Positions 39,721 through 54,406 are shown, numbered from the stretch's first letter. The stretch: DNA of 64,000 nucleotides from Eledone cirrhosa (GCA_964016885.1 OZ024742.1:90520001-90584000), one strand, 5' to 3'. Numbers and translations are program-made. Notes: generated from the sequence alone by a model not told the origin.

Positions 39721-40538
39721 ATTGTCTGTGGTACTGAGTCCGGGAAGCCGACAAATCAAAGCAGTACTCGATGTATGGTAAGATGCAGAGTGGGCATATT
39801 AGTGGACGTATATATATACATTAGACAAAGGAAGAAACTTCGGCTCATTGGTTACTACACGATCAAGTGATATCATCTCTGATGTTTTACCCGAATGACT
39901 GTACCATGGAAGATTCCGCTAAAGACAACCGAACCCTCGGTATTTTTACCTAAGAGGCGTATTAATCTAATTCTCAATATCATTGTACGTTGTACGACAC
40001 TTTTAACATAGTTTCTGTTTACGCAAAGCTAATCTCGACTCAGGAACACAAATTTTAAAAAAAAGTGTGTAGTGGGAACGATCCTAAAATCATGTGAGTA
40101 TGGACTAGATATCTTTATTGCAGACTTGTACCTAAAGATATCGAAGATAAATATCGTTAAAAAAAACTTCATACCCACCTTAAGCGAACTTTAACAATTC
40201 ACAGAGAATTTATCGTGAAAAGGAAACTAATTTGTACGTTAAAAAGGATGCTAATTCTTTTCTTATACACACCAAAGTTCCTTGCATATATTTGTGGTTA
40301 GGCGTAAATATGCTTGTTGTATTTGCATTAACATAGGGAGTGATTTTTTTCCCTTGTTACACATCTATCAGTTCCTCTTTACTGAAATGTAGTTATCTAT
40401 TTATGTATTTATATATGAATAAATATATAAATACGTAAATATATATATAGATGCGTGTGTCGATGTGTGTAATTATATATATATTCACACACACACACAC
40501 ATATATATATAACTTATCATCATTATTGTTGTTGTTGT

Positions 40539-40726
40539 AGGGCGATGAATTGGCAGTATCGGTAGAGGGTCGGACACCATGCTTTCCAGCATAGTTACGT
40601 CCCTTTACGGTCTGAGTTCAAATCCAGTCGAGGTTAACTTTGCCTTTTATCCTTAAGGGGTCGATAAAATAAAGTACCAGTAATGTACTGGTTAATTTGC
40701 TGGCCTTGTGCCAAAAGTAGAAACAG
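40539..40726 (+). mobile_element. full-length tRNA-derived SINE in (GTT)n
   Basis: Same family as 24740. Confidence 0.9.
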
Positions 40727-41147
40727 TTGTTGTTGTTGTTGTTGTTGTTGTTAGTAGTAGTAGTACAGATTAAAAGTCTTAGCAAACAATTTCTGCTTTC
40801 ACCCTAAGCGGTATCATCTAAATCTGAGAAAATATTAATTTATAGACGGAGAAGCAATTATCTCAAAAAGCTTACGACAAAATATTGCCTTAAGAAAATA
40901 GAAAGGCATAACGTTAGCGCATGTATATATATATATATATATATATACAACCCTTATGAAGTCCTTTTGGGATTTGGGACTTCGTATATATATATATATA
41001 TATATTTCCCAAGTATCCAATACTTAGCTGAATATGGTCATAATATTCTCTTAACTCCCAATATCTCCCCACGCCTCTCTCTCTCTCTCTGTATATATAT
41101 ATATATATATACAACCCTTATGAAGTCCTTTTTGGATTTGGGCCTTC

Positions 41148-41203
<56 letters not shown>

Positions 41204-41865
41204 CGAGAGAACGAGAGAGAGATGAGGGAGATATTGGGAGTTACTAGAATATTACGACCATATTCAGTTAGGTATTGGATACTTGGGAAAGTAGAGTGTA
41301 TGTATAGTGAAGGGTTTGTACCCGGCGTTTCAACGGCGAGTTGACAATGCAAAACGTAAACGAGAAACAATAAATCCTACAACACAATACAATGAAGAAA
41401 TATACTAATTTAACGCTTGATACAGAAGGAAAAGAGTCTTAACATTTCGGAAAGTAGTCCTTCATCCGAAGATAAAATGAAAAATGAAAAAATGAAATTG
41501 TAAGATACAGGGTGAGACGAAGGAACAGAAAAAAAATTTGAGAAAAGAAAAACGTGCGTATTTAGTTAGCCATTTTTTGAGAAATGTATGTATGTATGGA
41601 TGTATGTTAAACCACCAGGGCATTCTTCTAAGACAAGGAAACTCAGGAAACTCAGAAACTTAAAAATAAGGAATGGCACCCCATCCCGAACTTGTTTATA
41701 GAATTCTTTCTGCCTTTGTTACTCTAAAATTAAACTATAGCTTTGAAGAATTAGCTTTTAATGAATTCCCTTTTCTATCAACCTATGACCTACACCCATC
41801 CCACTCCCTACCCTCTCCTACCACCTGAAGAGACCTATAAATACCATACTTATTTTTTGATACCC

Positions 41866-41916
41866 AGATTTCTGATGATTTCTAAAGAATGAAACAGTTC
41901 TAGTCCTGTAGAATCT
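41866..41916 (+). ncRNA. type I hammerhead ribozyme, same family as 4859
   Basis: AGATTT-CTGATGA-TTTCTAAAGAAT-GAAA-CAG..CTG-TA-GAATCT. Confidence 0.75.
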
Positions 41917-42288
41917 CATCTATATTAAAACTATATATATATATATATATAGGAACAAGTATGACCCCGACGGCAGAGCTTAAGTATTGAGTACTTTGGT
42001 GCGTTATGGTCCACCTGGTTCCTTACCACATTTCCTTCGGATAACCATCATGTTGCTTGCTTTTTTCCTACCTTCGGTTTGCTTTTCCTTCTATGTTGTT
42101 TACTTGTCTCACTCGCTTTACGCGACTCACTTGTCCCAATAGCTTATTTTAGTTATTGCTCGCACCAACCTGAGGTATATGATTTTTAATGCGATGAAAT
42201 ACCAATGATGGTTGGCAAATCACTGATGAGGGACTAATTTTATAATATGTAACCCATGTGCAACCACGCAGTTTCCCTCTTTCTTCCC

Positions 42289-42366
<78 letters not shown>

Positions 42367-42612
42367 TATACATATATACATAAATAATGAAATCAATTAT
42401 CTGTAAGGAAGTAATAAACTGATAAATAAGTGACGAATAGAAAGGAAAGAGGAATTTCTTTGGTAAGGACAACACTTTTATTTCCTAGAGCGGAAAATAT
42501 TTCTTTAGTATTTGTCACGATAAACTTTCTCTATTCCTGTATCGGTTCCTTATCACTGCTCCATATAGCTCTCTTATACACATATCTCTCAAATGTACAT
42601 GCATATATACAT

Positions 42613-43073
42613 ATGGTGGCTGCCACCTCGTTTTCGAGTACGGCCACTACTTTATATCCATGTAGGAGAACCCCTACCGATGCACTGAACGAGTGTGACT
42701 TTTTAGTCTAGCCAGCGACGTGAAAACTCTGGTACAAACACTACACTTGTGACAATTATTGACACATAGTGCTGGGCCCATGGTACCATGTGACGACAAG
42801 TGCAGAGAGATCTCCAGATATAAAGCAATGCCTGTGCCGTGAAGCTTTTATAGTGAGAAAAGGCACTGCACAAAGCCAGTCCCACTCTCTTAACCAAGAT
42901 GATATTTACCAAAAAGAAGAACAAGTCAACATCATTGGATACCATCAGGGTTGCAGGTGTTATATCAGAGTTTTCCTTCTCCTAGAATTCTGCCTTGACA
43001 AAGGCTAAGGGTTCATCTCTCCCGGTGATTTGGATGGCCATTGACTCTTAAGAGCTCCTTTGCCCTTTGACAG
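42613..43073 (-). mobile_element. non-coding retroposon subfamily B, 5'-truncated
   Basis: Near-identical to 49518-49902, 50530-51097 and the reverse complement of 62880-63193. Confidence 0.8.
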
Positions 43074-43092
43074 ACATACATACACGCACACA

Positions 43093-43481
43093 TGAAGGCT
43101 GCCCCCTCGTTACCGAGTATGGCCATTGCACGATATAGCATTATTAATAATTATCAATTAATTCTATCGTGCAATGCTTGTACGTAAATATTTTTTTAAA
43201 GTGAAGAAACACTGTGCACTGAGCCAATCCCACTCCCTGAGCGACAGTAGCTATAACCCGAAAAGAAGAAAAGATCAACATCATCGGTAACTACTGAGCC
43301 GAAGGTTTTATATCGGAGTTATCCCAGTTTCCTGAATTGCCTTCTCGTAGAAGAATGCCCTGACAAAGGCTTGGGGTCCTTCACTCCCAGTGGATTATCC
43401 GGGCGATCAGGTATCCAGCCTGATTATTTCTATGTCCCCGCACTTATATATACATAAGTATACATGTATATATACATAAGT

Positions 43482-43558
<77 letters not shown>

Positions 43559-43993
43559 TTATAAATCATGTCTACAGAATTATTAGATAAACAAAATATA
43601 TACTCCATTTCCTCTGCCAAACAGCACAATCAACCATATAAAAAATCAATTATACTAAGCCATAAGGATAAAAGCTCCTATGAAGAAATCTCCGGCAAAT
43701 ACACGAGAGTGGCTTCTTCGCGGTATCCACAGCAGGTTATTTATCCAACATTTCGACAGCATGCATAAATCGACCAAGTACATAATTAACCATATGTAAT
43801 TCGGTGTAAAATCAAACATAGAAGAACTGTGTACATACCGTAACCATCCCTACCATGGTTTCATCCGTATTTTTAGATATCCTATTAATAGGAAATCCAT
43901 TGAGTTCGGAATCATCAGGAGATAAACTCAAAAATAGACACTTAGTATTCCAAGCCGATCGCGCCAAAATTGGATTAAAAAATGGCTAAGAAT

Positions 43994-44092
<99 letters not shown>

Positions 44093-44108
44093 ATATTTAT
44101 ATATATAA

Positions 44109-44157
<49 letters not shown>

Positions 44158-44332
44158 CACATGTATATTTACACACTTTTGGATGGCCGGTGACTCTTAT
44201 GAGTTCTTATGAGTTCTTTAGCGTTTTGTCAGGTTTTGTTTTTTGTCTTGCAGGGTGTCCAAAATCACCCTTCTCACGAAGTAAATTGGTGGGGTTGCCA
44301 GTTTAGTCACCGATGACCCGACCATGCGATAA
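43093..44332 (-). mobile_element. non-coding retroposon subfamily A, split by an insertion (about 43555-44000) in its internal TA tract
   Basis: Both halves are collinear with 49953-50518. Confidence 0.75.
43847..43922 (-). ncRNA. type I hammerhead ribozyme
   Basis: Minus strand TCTC-CTGATGA-TTCCG..CGGAT-GAAA-C-CATG-G-TA-GGGA; palindromic stem III ACCATGGT. Confidence 0.8.
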
Positions 44333-44819
44333 CATACATGCATACATTCATACATACAAGCATACATACATACATACATATTAGCTGCATCTCAATTTCA
44401 ACAATCGCCAAGCTATGACCATTTTCTCGTACATATGTAGCACGAACATAGCATTTTAATCATGTCAAGGACCTAGATTCCTTTTAGCGTATGTTGCAGC
44501 GAAAGAAAAAAGAAAAGTCCTTGTCACGTAACAACGTTTTAATTGTTTAGATGAAGTGAAGGCTCTCCTTGAAACATTTTAATCGAGGAAAATCCATTCA
44601 CTGGAGCAATCCCACTACCCGAAGAACTGTAGCAGCATGAACAGGTCAACTTCATTGGTTGTCATTGCGTCGCAAGTTTTACATCAGTTTTCATTCTCCT
44701 AGAATGGTATCGTAACAAGAATTAAGTGTCTCTAACTCTCTCTGGGTTAACTGTGCACCTAGGCACCAAAGAGAGTATTTCTCCGTATGTATGTATGCAT
44801 GCATGCTTACATACATACA

Positions 44820-45250
44820 TGAGTATGGCCATTGCACGATATATCATTATTAATAATTAATAATTAATTCTATCGTGCAATGCCAGTGCGTGAAGATATT
44901 TTTTAAAGCGAGGAAAGATTGTGCACTGAGCCAATCCCACTCTCTGAGCGACAGTAGCTATAACCCGAAAAGAAGAAAAGATCAACATCATCAGTAACTA
45001 CTGAGTCGCAGGTTTTATATTGGAGTTATCCCAGTTTCCTGAGTTGCCTTCTCCTAGAAGAATGGCTGGCAAAGGCTAGGCGTCCTTCACTCCCAGTGGT
45101 TTAACCGAGCGGTACATGTCTATATACATAATTACACAATTTCGGATGGCCGTTGACTCTTATGAGTTCTTCCGCCCTTTGTCTATGTTGGGTCACTCTT
45201 GAGTGCTACTGGTAACATGTAACCCAGTACAACCTGTCACATGGTCGGGT
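44820..45250 (-). mobile_element. non-coding retroposon subfamily A with inverted 5' end
   Basis: 44820-45183 is collinear with 7806-8150; 45184-45250 is the reverse complement of 8237-8303. Confidence 0.8.
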
Positions 45251-45287
45251 GAGGAGGACAAAAAAACAAAACATACATACATATATA

Positions 45288-48200
45288 GTCAGTCAGTCAA
45301 CGCGATCAGTCGCATATTTTGGTGTTGGAGACTATTCATTAGATTTAAGATGAATACTATCTCCGACAGTAATGCCACAACTACCAGTCATGTTGAATAA
45401 CTGGGTATACTTCTAACTATATCCACTGAAGACACCGTCTATTCGAATTGGTAGAGATATACGACTAAATACATAATTCATTTTACAAGGATTTGCTACA
45501 TACAGCATGGCTGAACACAACAACATTAGTGGAATACCGAAGAAAAACGAGAAAGGTAAACACAATTTATTCAGTTGTAGCTACAGAAGAAACCGAAATT
45601 ATACATTGCATTTCTCTTTGAGTTGCGAACTTAATGGTGATTTATTTAATTGTTATAAAATGGCAAAAAACAATCCCTACATTGGCTGTATGAACAAAAT
45701 GAAGCTACACTGGGACGAAATACACCCAGAGCCATATCACTTCACAGCGAAACAATTACGCCAACAAGCGATTTTGTTGAACGTAAAAATAAGATAAATA
45801 TTATTAATTGTAAGTCCCCCACAACAAACAGGGAATCAACAACACGTGCTACAGGTCGCCATGCTACTAGACTTCCTAGCAGCCAGGTCGAACAGTGACT
45901 TGAAACAACTATGCCTGTAAGAAATTTAACACCACGTGTACCATCTAAGTCTACCTTGAATTCTGGGGAAAACACCATCGATAATAATAATAATCGAAGA
46001 AATAATAATAATAATCGAAGAAATTTGACACCAGGTGTACCATCCGATTCTACCTCGAGTGTTGTGGAAAATACTATCGATAATGATAATAATCAAAAGT
46101 ATAAACAATTGAAAATTTCCCTCAACGAAATCTTCCATGTATAAACATTTCTCTTGCTGAACGTATTAAAACGACAATATTTAATAAAAAAACAAATAAT
46201 GAGATATTATGTGTTATTGACGAAATAGGGGATGAATATTTACGACGGATAAAAACCCCAACATTTTGGCAAATCAACGCCTGTTTATATGCCTTAGCAA
46301 CGACAGTGAAGCATTATCTTGGTGATAGCAGAGATATTAACAAGGACAGAACACCACCAAAAATACCATCATATATAACTAAAATAGAAAAAAGATTGCT
46401 GACCTACGAAAAAACATAGGATATGTGACAATGCTCCTTACATGCAAACAAACACAAAAAACTTCACTCTTCACCAACAAAGAGTGAAAAATAAAATAGA
46501 GACGATGTTTGGTAACAGTAGAACCAGAACTCTTCAATATAAGCTCATCACCGTCAAACAAGAATTGAGAGCTGTCAGCGAAAAATACCGATACCTGAAG
46601 AGGTAGATGAAAGAAAAGTGCTTAATAAAAGATTCAGACGAAACCAAACATCAGTCTATAGAGATACGAAGGGCAAAATAATAAGTGTCACTGAGGCCCC
46701 ATCCCAGAGAGACATTCTTTTTTGAGAAAAATATGTAGTGAAAAGAAGAATTTCAACCAAGATGCAGTGTGGCTAAAAGAAATCCAAAAGAACTATTGCT
46801 CCTACACTACAACAAAAACATACGAAATAAGTAAGGGTACTCTTGAGACTGTGATAGGAAAACTCCAAGATAAGAAAACACCAGGAAGAGACATGATTGT
46901 CGGCTACTGGTACAAAAAACTGATATTCTATTGGAGTTATCTCACCGACTTCTACCAACAAGTTCTTAAGGGAGATACACTTATACCAGAATGGTTGACA
47001 TTAGCACAAACATTACTAGTCCCCAAGAACAAAGACACCCATTTGGCAAAAAACTACCGACCCATTGCATGCCAGAATCTGATGTATAAGTTGTATACAG
47101 CCTGCCTAAACCTATTCCTCCAAGATCACTGTAAAGATAATTGTTTCTACTTTTGGCACAAGGCGAGCAATTACCCAGTATGTTAATGGTACTTTATTTT
47201 ATCGACCCCGTAAGGATGAAAGGCAAAGAACATCATCACAGATGAACAAGCATCTGGAACGAAAGAGGTTTGGGGATGTGATGAACAACTCCTAATCAAC
47301 AAAACTGCGATGTCGGAGGTGCGACAACATAAGAGGAATATGGCAACAGTCTGGCTGGACAACAGGAAAGCTTTCGATTCTGTTCACCACTCTTGGGTGA
47401 TAGAAGCCCTTCGAATTGCTAATGTCCAAGACATTATTATCAGAGCCATAGAAAGCTGTATTCTTCTTGGGCTACTATCCTAAAGTTAAAGACAGAGAAG
47501 GAGGACTCTATTTTCACTGATAAAATAAAATATCGCAGGGGTATATTTCAGGGAGACAGTTTCTCTGTGATATTATTTATCCTGTCATTAAACTCCTTGT
47601 CCTTTCTGTTCAAGAAATGTGAAGGATACACCATTGGCTCACAGGAGGACAGAAATACGAACCTAACCCATAATTTCTTTGTGGATGATCTGAAACTCTA
47701 TGCCAAGAACATGGATGGGATGAAGAAAATTCTTGACCTGGTTACAACATTCTCAAAGGATATAGGAATGGAGTTTGGCCAAGATAAATGCTCATTCATA
47801 TATGACTGTAAAGCGGGGAAAATCAACAACCCAATCTAGCAACATTGTCATCAATGGCCTAACTGTTTCACCGATATCTGATGAGGACTGCTACAGATAC
47901 CTGGGGATAGATGCAAACATATCCTATAATGGTATCTGTAATAATGAACGCGTAACCAGGGAATACTACACCCGATTAAGAAAGATATGCTCATCGGAAC
48001 TCTCTGCGCAAAACAAAACAGTGGCTCACAATGTGTTTGCTGCGCCTGTCCTAACACCAACGTTTGGAATACTCAATTGGACGATAAACGAAATCCGATA
48101 TAAGAACTCGAAAAATACTAAACAACACCGGTAACTTCAAGATCAACAGTGACATAAACCGCCTTTACTTGAAACGTAAGCAGGGAGGCAGTGGCCTAAC

Positions 48201-49476
48201 ATCAGTCCAGACAGTATTTGAATGTCGCATCATATACCTCCGACAACATTTGCGAACCTCGAAGCGTAGGAGCCCATCTCTCGAGCAAGTATATCTGCAT
48301 GAAACAGATAAGATCATGAGAGTTGGGAAGGAACTCTTCGAAAGATATTCCCTGTGTGATAATCAAAAACTCACACCCAGGGAAGTCGCTCAGCAGTACC
48401 GCAGTGAATCCATGGATGAAAAACTGCATGCTTATCAGCAAAAAATCAAGCATGGATATGTTGCCAGGAAGCTCCAGAGTGAGAGTAATATAGATAAAGA
48501 AAGTAGTCTATCTTGGACCAACAACCGCTATATTGGCTCCGACTTTGAAGGATACGCTTTGCAATCTAAGAACAGGAAATCAACACGAAATACCTGATTC
48601 ATAAAAGAGATAGGGATGCAGGCAAAACACCTAGATATGATAAGAAGTGTAGACTCTGCAGAATTAACATCGAATATGTCATCCATGTCATAAGCAGCTG
48701 TCCAAAGATGTCCTCGCGGTACCATCTACCTACGAGGCATGATGTAGTAGCCAAAACACTGTACAATGCAATCCGTAGAAAAGATAGCCCCGATAATAAA
48801 CACGTTAAAAGCTACATCAATGTGGAGGACATTCATATGCATAATATGAAAGAGTAGTGGTGGAATATTCTGGTAAAAACCCCAATAAAAGGCAGGCATA
48901 ACAGACCTGATATCATGATATGGGACAGGGAGAAGAAAGCATGCACAGTAATGGAAGTTAGCTGCCCAGCAGATGCCAATATAATATCAAAGATTAGCGA
49001 AAAGGAGAATATTTATGCAGAACTGATGAGAATTCTGCAGATACTCCACCCTGATTACACCTTCAGATTTATGCCTGTGATTATTGGGGCACTGGGTTAT
49101 GTTAGTAACTGGCTCAATATAAATCTTGAGAAGCTCGGCTTTACAGGAACAGAAAGAACACAACTAGTTAGGAAACTACAAGTACAATCCATTAATGGAA
49201 CAGTAAAAATATGTAAAACATTCCAAAACTTTTTCATCTAATAACTGCATATACACATGTACAGATACAAAGCATACACACATGCACACATACAACTCAA
49301 AACATACACATCCACACATACAAAAAACATCCATACCTACATATGCATGCATGCAGACATGCATACATATCTACCTAGTTGATGTGTAAATTCCATTGAG
49401 AGGGTCTTGTATCGATATTAGACACGGACTCTCTGTCTATTGGTAAAAATTTATGAAATTATAAAACTAGAAGAAT
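45288..49476 (+). mobile_element. near full-length R4/Dong-type RLE retrotransposon, pseudogenised
   Basis: N-terminal GCMNKMKLHWDE..FTAKQLRQQA, NYRPIAC, WLD.RKAFDSV, GIFQGD, FVDDLKL, CRLC, RHD, RPDI; TACA repeats at both ends; SINE piece inserted at 47137-47228. Confidence 0.92.
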
Positions 49477-49517
49477 ATACATACATACATGCATACATGC
49501 ATACATACATACATACA

Positions 49518-51097
49518 TGGTGGCTGCCAACTCGTTTTCGAGTACGGCCACTACTTTATATTCATGTAGGAGAACCCCTACCGATGCGCTGAACGAGTGT
49601 GACTTTTTAGTCCAGCCAGCGACTTGAAAACTCTGGTACAAACACTACACTTGTGACAATTATTGACACATAGTGCTGGGCCCATGGTACCATGTGACGA
49701 CAAGTGCAGAGAGATCTCCAGATATAAAGCAATGTCTGTGCCGTGAAGCTTTTATAGTGAGCAGAGGCACTGCACAAAGCCAGTCCCACTCTCTTAACCA
49801 AGATGATATTTACCAAAAAGAAGAACAAGTCAACATCATTGGATACCATCAGGGTTGCAGGTGTTATATCAGAGTTTTCCTTCTCCTAGAATTCTGCCTT
49901 GACATACATACATACATACATACATACATACATACATACATACATACATACATGATGACTCCTCCCTCGTTATCGAGTATGGCCATTGCACGATATACTA
50001 TTATTAGTAATTATTAATTAATTCTATCGTGCAATGCCTGTGCGTGAAGATATTTTTTAAAATGACGAAAGACTGTGCACTGAGCCAATCCCACTCCCTG
50101 AACGACAGTACCTATAACCCGAAAAGAAGAAAAGATCAACATCATCGGTAATTATTGAGCCGCAGGTTTTATATCGGAGTTATCCCAGTTTCCTGAGTTG
50201 CCTTCTCCTAGAAGAATGACCTGACAAAGGCTAGGGGTCCTTCACTCCCAGTGGTTTAACTATTTCTATGTCCCCGCGCATACACATACACATGCACCCA
50301 TGTATATACACATATACATATACATATGTACATGTGTATATACATATTTAAACACTTTTGAATGGCCGTTGACTCTTATGAGTTCTTCCGCGTTTTTTCA
50401 CGTTTTGATTTTTGTCCTGCAGGGTGTCCAAAATCACCCTCCTCACCAATTAAAGTTGGTGGGGTTGCCGGTTTAGTCGCTGACGACCCGACCATGCGAC
50501 AGGTTGTACTGGGTTACATACATACATACATGATGGCTGCCAACGCGTTTTCGAGTACGGCCACTACTTTATATCCATGTAGGAGAACCCCTACCGATGC
50601 GCTGAACGAGTGTGACTTTTTAGTCCAGTCAGCGACTTGAAAACTCTGGTACAAACACTACACTTGTGACAATTATTGACACATAGTGTTGGGCCCACGG
50701 TACCATGTAACGACAAGTACAGAGAGATCTCCAGATATAAAGCAATGCCTGTGCCGTGAAGCTTTTATAGTGAGCAAAGCACTGCACAAAGCCAGTCCCA
50801 CTCTCTTAACCAAGATGATATTTACCAAAAAGAACAAGTCAACATCATTGGATACCATCAGAGTTGCAGGTGTTATATCAGAGTTTTCCTTCTCCTAGAA
50901 TTCTGCCTTGACAAAGGCTATGGGGTCATCTCTCCCGGTGATTTTGGATGGCCATTGACTCTTAAGAGCTCCTTTGCCCTTTGACAGGTTTTGTTTTTTC
51001 CTGCAGGATGTCCAAAGTCACCCTCCTCACCAAGAAACCTTGGTGGGGTTGCCAGTTTAGTCGCCAACGACCCGACCATGAGACAGGTTGTACTGAC
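49518..51097 (-). mobile_element. cluster of three non-coding retroposon copies (B 49518-49902, A 49953-50518, B 50530-51097) separated by (TACA)n
   Basis: Direct comparison with the other copies. Confidence 0.8.
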
Positions 51098-51165
51098 ATA
51101 CATACATACATACATATATATGTACATACATACATACATACATACATACATACATACATACATAC

Positions 51166-51221
<56 letters not shown>

Positions 51222-51374
51222 GTACATGGTATGTATAACAATCATATCGACATGGAAAACGTTTCATTTTCTCACACAATGAAACTTTTGACAAAAAAAA
51301 AATATGATTGAAAAAGAAAAAAAATGCAAAGAAGTTCCATTAAAAAAAGTACTATCTAGTTGACTGTTGCTGTT

Positions 51375-52700
51375 TACTTCCCTTCATCCCTTTATTCCTA
51401 TTCCTTTCATTCTTCCACCCCTTCCTCCCCTTCCTATTGTTCCCCTTCTTCCTCTCATTCATCTTCTTTGTATTCCACACCATCGTCTTCCACTTCTTTT
51501 CATTCGCCCCATCTTTTTCTTCACTTCACCCCATTCCCCCCCTTCATTCTTTTCTGCCATTTTAACTACTCTTTCTTCCCCTTTCTCTTTTACCCCTCTT
51601 TTCATTGCTTTCCCACACATTTTCCCCTTTCTTTATCACACTACTCCTTCCTCAGGCCCCACAATATTTGTGATCCCTCTTTGTTCCGCTTTACCCTTTC
51701 TTACCCTCTTTCCTCCCGTTTCCCCCGTTGCCCCCTATCCTACTGTTTCTTCCAGTTACCTATCTTTTCCCCGCATCCTTCTATCCCTCTGTTCTTACCG
51801 TTCCTAACCTTCTCCTTCTCTTCTTCTCATCTCATTCCTATTTTTTAGTCTCTTCCCCTACTTCTCTTCTTCTCTCGCACCCCCTCTTCCCATCTTTCCC
51901 CCTTTTTCTCATCTTCCCGCACTTTCCCTGTCTTCCCCTACTTTCCCCGTCTTGCCCTACTTTCCCTATCTTTCCTCCAATTCCGCTCTTATAGCCCCTT
52001 CGTCTCTTCGTACCCATACGTCAAACAATCTCTGAAAAAGAACCCCTTTGTAACCGGCAGAAGTACTAGCACCATGAATTTTTTCCAACCGTTTGTCACT
52101 CTAGCTACTGTACTTTCGGAGTATCCACACCTATTTGCTAATTAAGTCAACTAAAAGTCAGAAAATATGAACGAATTCCAGGACCCCAAGTTTGATCTTG
52201 CAGCATACTACCCCTTCTCCTTCCATTTTTTCTGCGTTTATTCGCGTTTATTTCCTCCCCACTCTTTCCCTTTCTTTCAACTTCTTTCTTCCACTTTCAC
52301 CATTTTTATCAATCTTTACCCTCTTCCACTTTCTTTTACCCATTCCGCCCCACACTTTCACCTTTCCTCCCGTTCCTATTTTCTCTCCCTACTCTTCTTT
52401 CATTTCTTCCTTTACCTTCTTTTCCCCAGCTTCCCACTGTTTATCCATCCCTACTTCTTACTCCCTCGTCTCTCCTTCCAGCTTTCCTCTTATTCCTTCC
52501 ATTTATCTCCGTCCTTCCTTTCCTTCACTCTTTACTTTGTCCTCCATTTCCTTCTCTTCCACCCCTATATACTCTCCCCCTGCTTCTTTCGCCGTCTTTC
52601 CTCCTCTTTTCATATGTGTTCCCCTCCTACCCTATCACTATTTTTGTGACACCTTTTGCCCCTCTCTGCCCATCTTTAATCCATTTTCCTGCCCTTGGTT
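51375..52700. repeat. polypyrimidine/polypurine low-complexity tract, interrupted at about 52020-52200
   Basis: Plus strand is overwhelmingly C/T with no regular period. Confidence 0.9.
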
Positions 52701-53329
52701 CAGATAAATAAATATTGCTTGACTACATATTCAAATTATAAAAGGAGGATTGCATGCATGACTGAATAAAAGGGAATATTATGTATTGTTGTATTCTATT
52801 TGAACATGCTGTTGCGTAGTTTCATGTGATTTAATCCAATTAACTTTTCTCTGTAGTGATAAACTTTTGAATAGATAAAATTATTTATATGTACACTCGT
52901 TTAAATTAATTAGGTTTGCAACCAGGCTACCAAACTCTTCTTCGTTATTTACAATAATATCCTTGTATATTCTTGATCAGTAAATGCGTGCGCATGACAC
53001 AGTACATGTGGACGCTTCTTTGTCAAAATCTTGTCAACTCTCCCAACTGTAATTTGGTGACAGAGAAGATACGTTTCTTACACACTGTATTGAACAGCAC
53101 GTAAACAGACATTGTGTAAGACATCCAAGCTGTGACAATCCTGTCTTTCAATTAAACATAGTATATCTTTACATTGCCTGGACATGTATAATGTGCTTCC
53201 TATTTCATATAAGTCAGTCTCTCTTATTCGAGGAGTGAATTTAAACGCTTATGTAAATGTATATGAAAGCAATGGCAACCAAAGGTAGGAGTAACTATTG
53301 ATATATACAGCCCCCATGTATGTATGTAT

Positions 53330-54300
53330 GGATATAAAACAGCATCACATACCAGTTCCTATATTGGCTCTACCTCTAACCCTTTTAAGGTACGATATAA
53401 CGAGCACTCATTTTCCTTCCGAGACGCTAGCAATAGATGTTCAACATCTCTAGCTAGGCTCATTAAAAACCTTAAATTAACGAACATTGAACACTCACTA
53501 ACATGGGATATCTTGGCTAGAGCACAATGGACGAAGAAACTCTTGTGATCTCTGTCTCACCGAGGCCTATTACACAACTCTATCACGACCTTTACCGATT
53601 AACGATAGAAAGGAGGTAACTATTAGCTGTCAACATCGAAGGGCAAATTCCTTCGCCAACAGAATATTTGACCCAACATAGTCATCTAACCCCACTTTTA
53701 CTTATAGCTAACATGTTAAATATTTAACCCTGACTTAGATAATTATAAGTTACCTCCTTTACATTGTCTCTCACTCAAGCTCATTAGCACTTCTTAGCTA
53801 TAAACCACCTACAATTTCTAAATTCTCGAGGAGTTACTTCCCCTAAAACCCGCCTATAATTAGTAAGGTAAATATGTCCTTAGGCGGCCATCTTGTTACG
53901 CAGAGGCAGTTCTCGCATAATGCAGCCTCTACAGAAGAATATTACTCGCCTATAGCAGACAATAGATAGACCCAAGACACCATAGTGAAATACCAATATA
54001 TGGAACATTACATTTATGTAACCATCTTTCTTTACCTTACTTTATATTCCTAATCAATATTTTCATTATATCTTTTGAAGTTCTGAGGAACTGATCCATT
54101 TTTACCTAAGTTAATTATCTTAATCTGAACCAGATCAATAATGATCTATAATCATTTGATCCAGAAACATTATATGCAGTAGCGAAACAATTGTAAACGG
54201 ACATCATTACTATTATTATTCCTTACATTAAATTATATTCACACTCCTCATTCCTTACATTAAACTACAATCTTTAAATAATGTCTTCCTTGTGAAATGT
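53330..54300 (+). mobile_element. Penelope-like element 3' fragment (GIY-YIG + 3' region with hammerhead-like motif 54080-54198)
   Basis: YIGSTSNPFKVRYNEH..SF..STSL..WDIL..CDLCLTE..SCQH; GTT-CTGAGGA..GAAA-C-AATT-G-TA-AAC. Confidence 0.82.
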
Positions 54301-54323
54301 GTGGTCTTGTTTTGCTTAACTAA

Positions 54324-54400
<77 letters not shown>

Positions 54401-54406
<6 letters not shown>

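Noticed and set aside
45424-45470. Possible ribozyme in the R4-type 5' UTR (CTGAAGA..GGTAGAGA)
   Set aside because: No GAAA, no stem I and no HDV-like double pseudoknot visible by eye.
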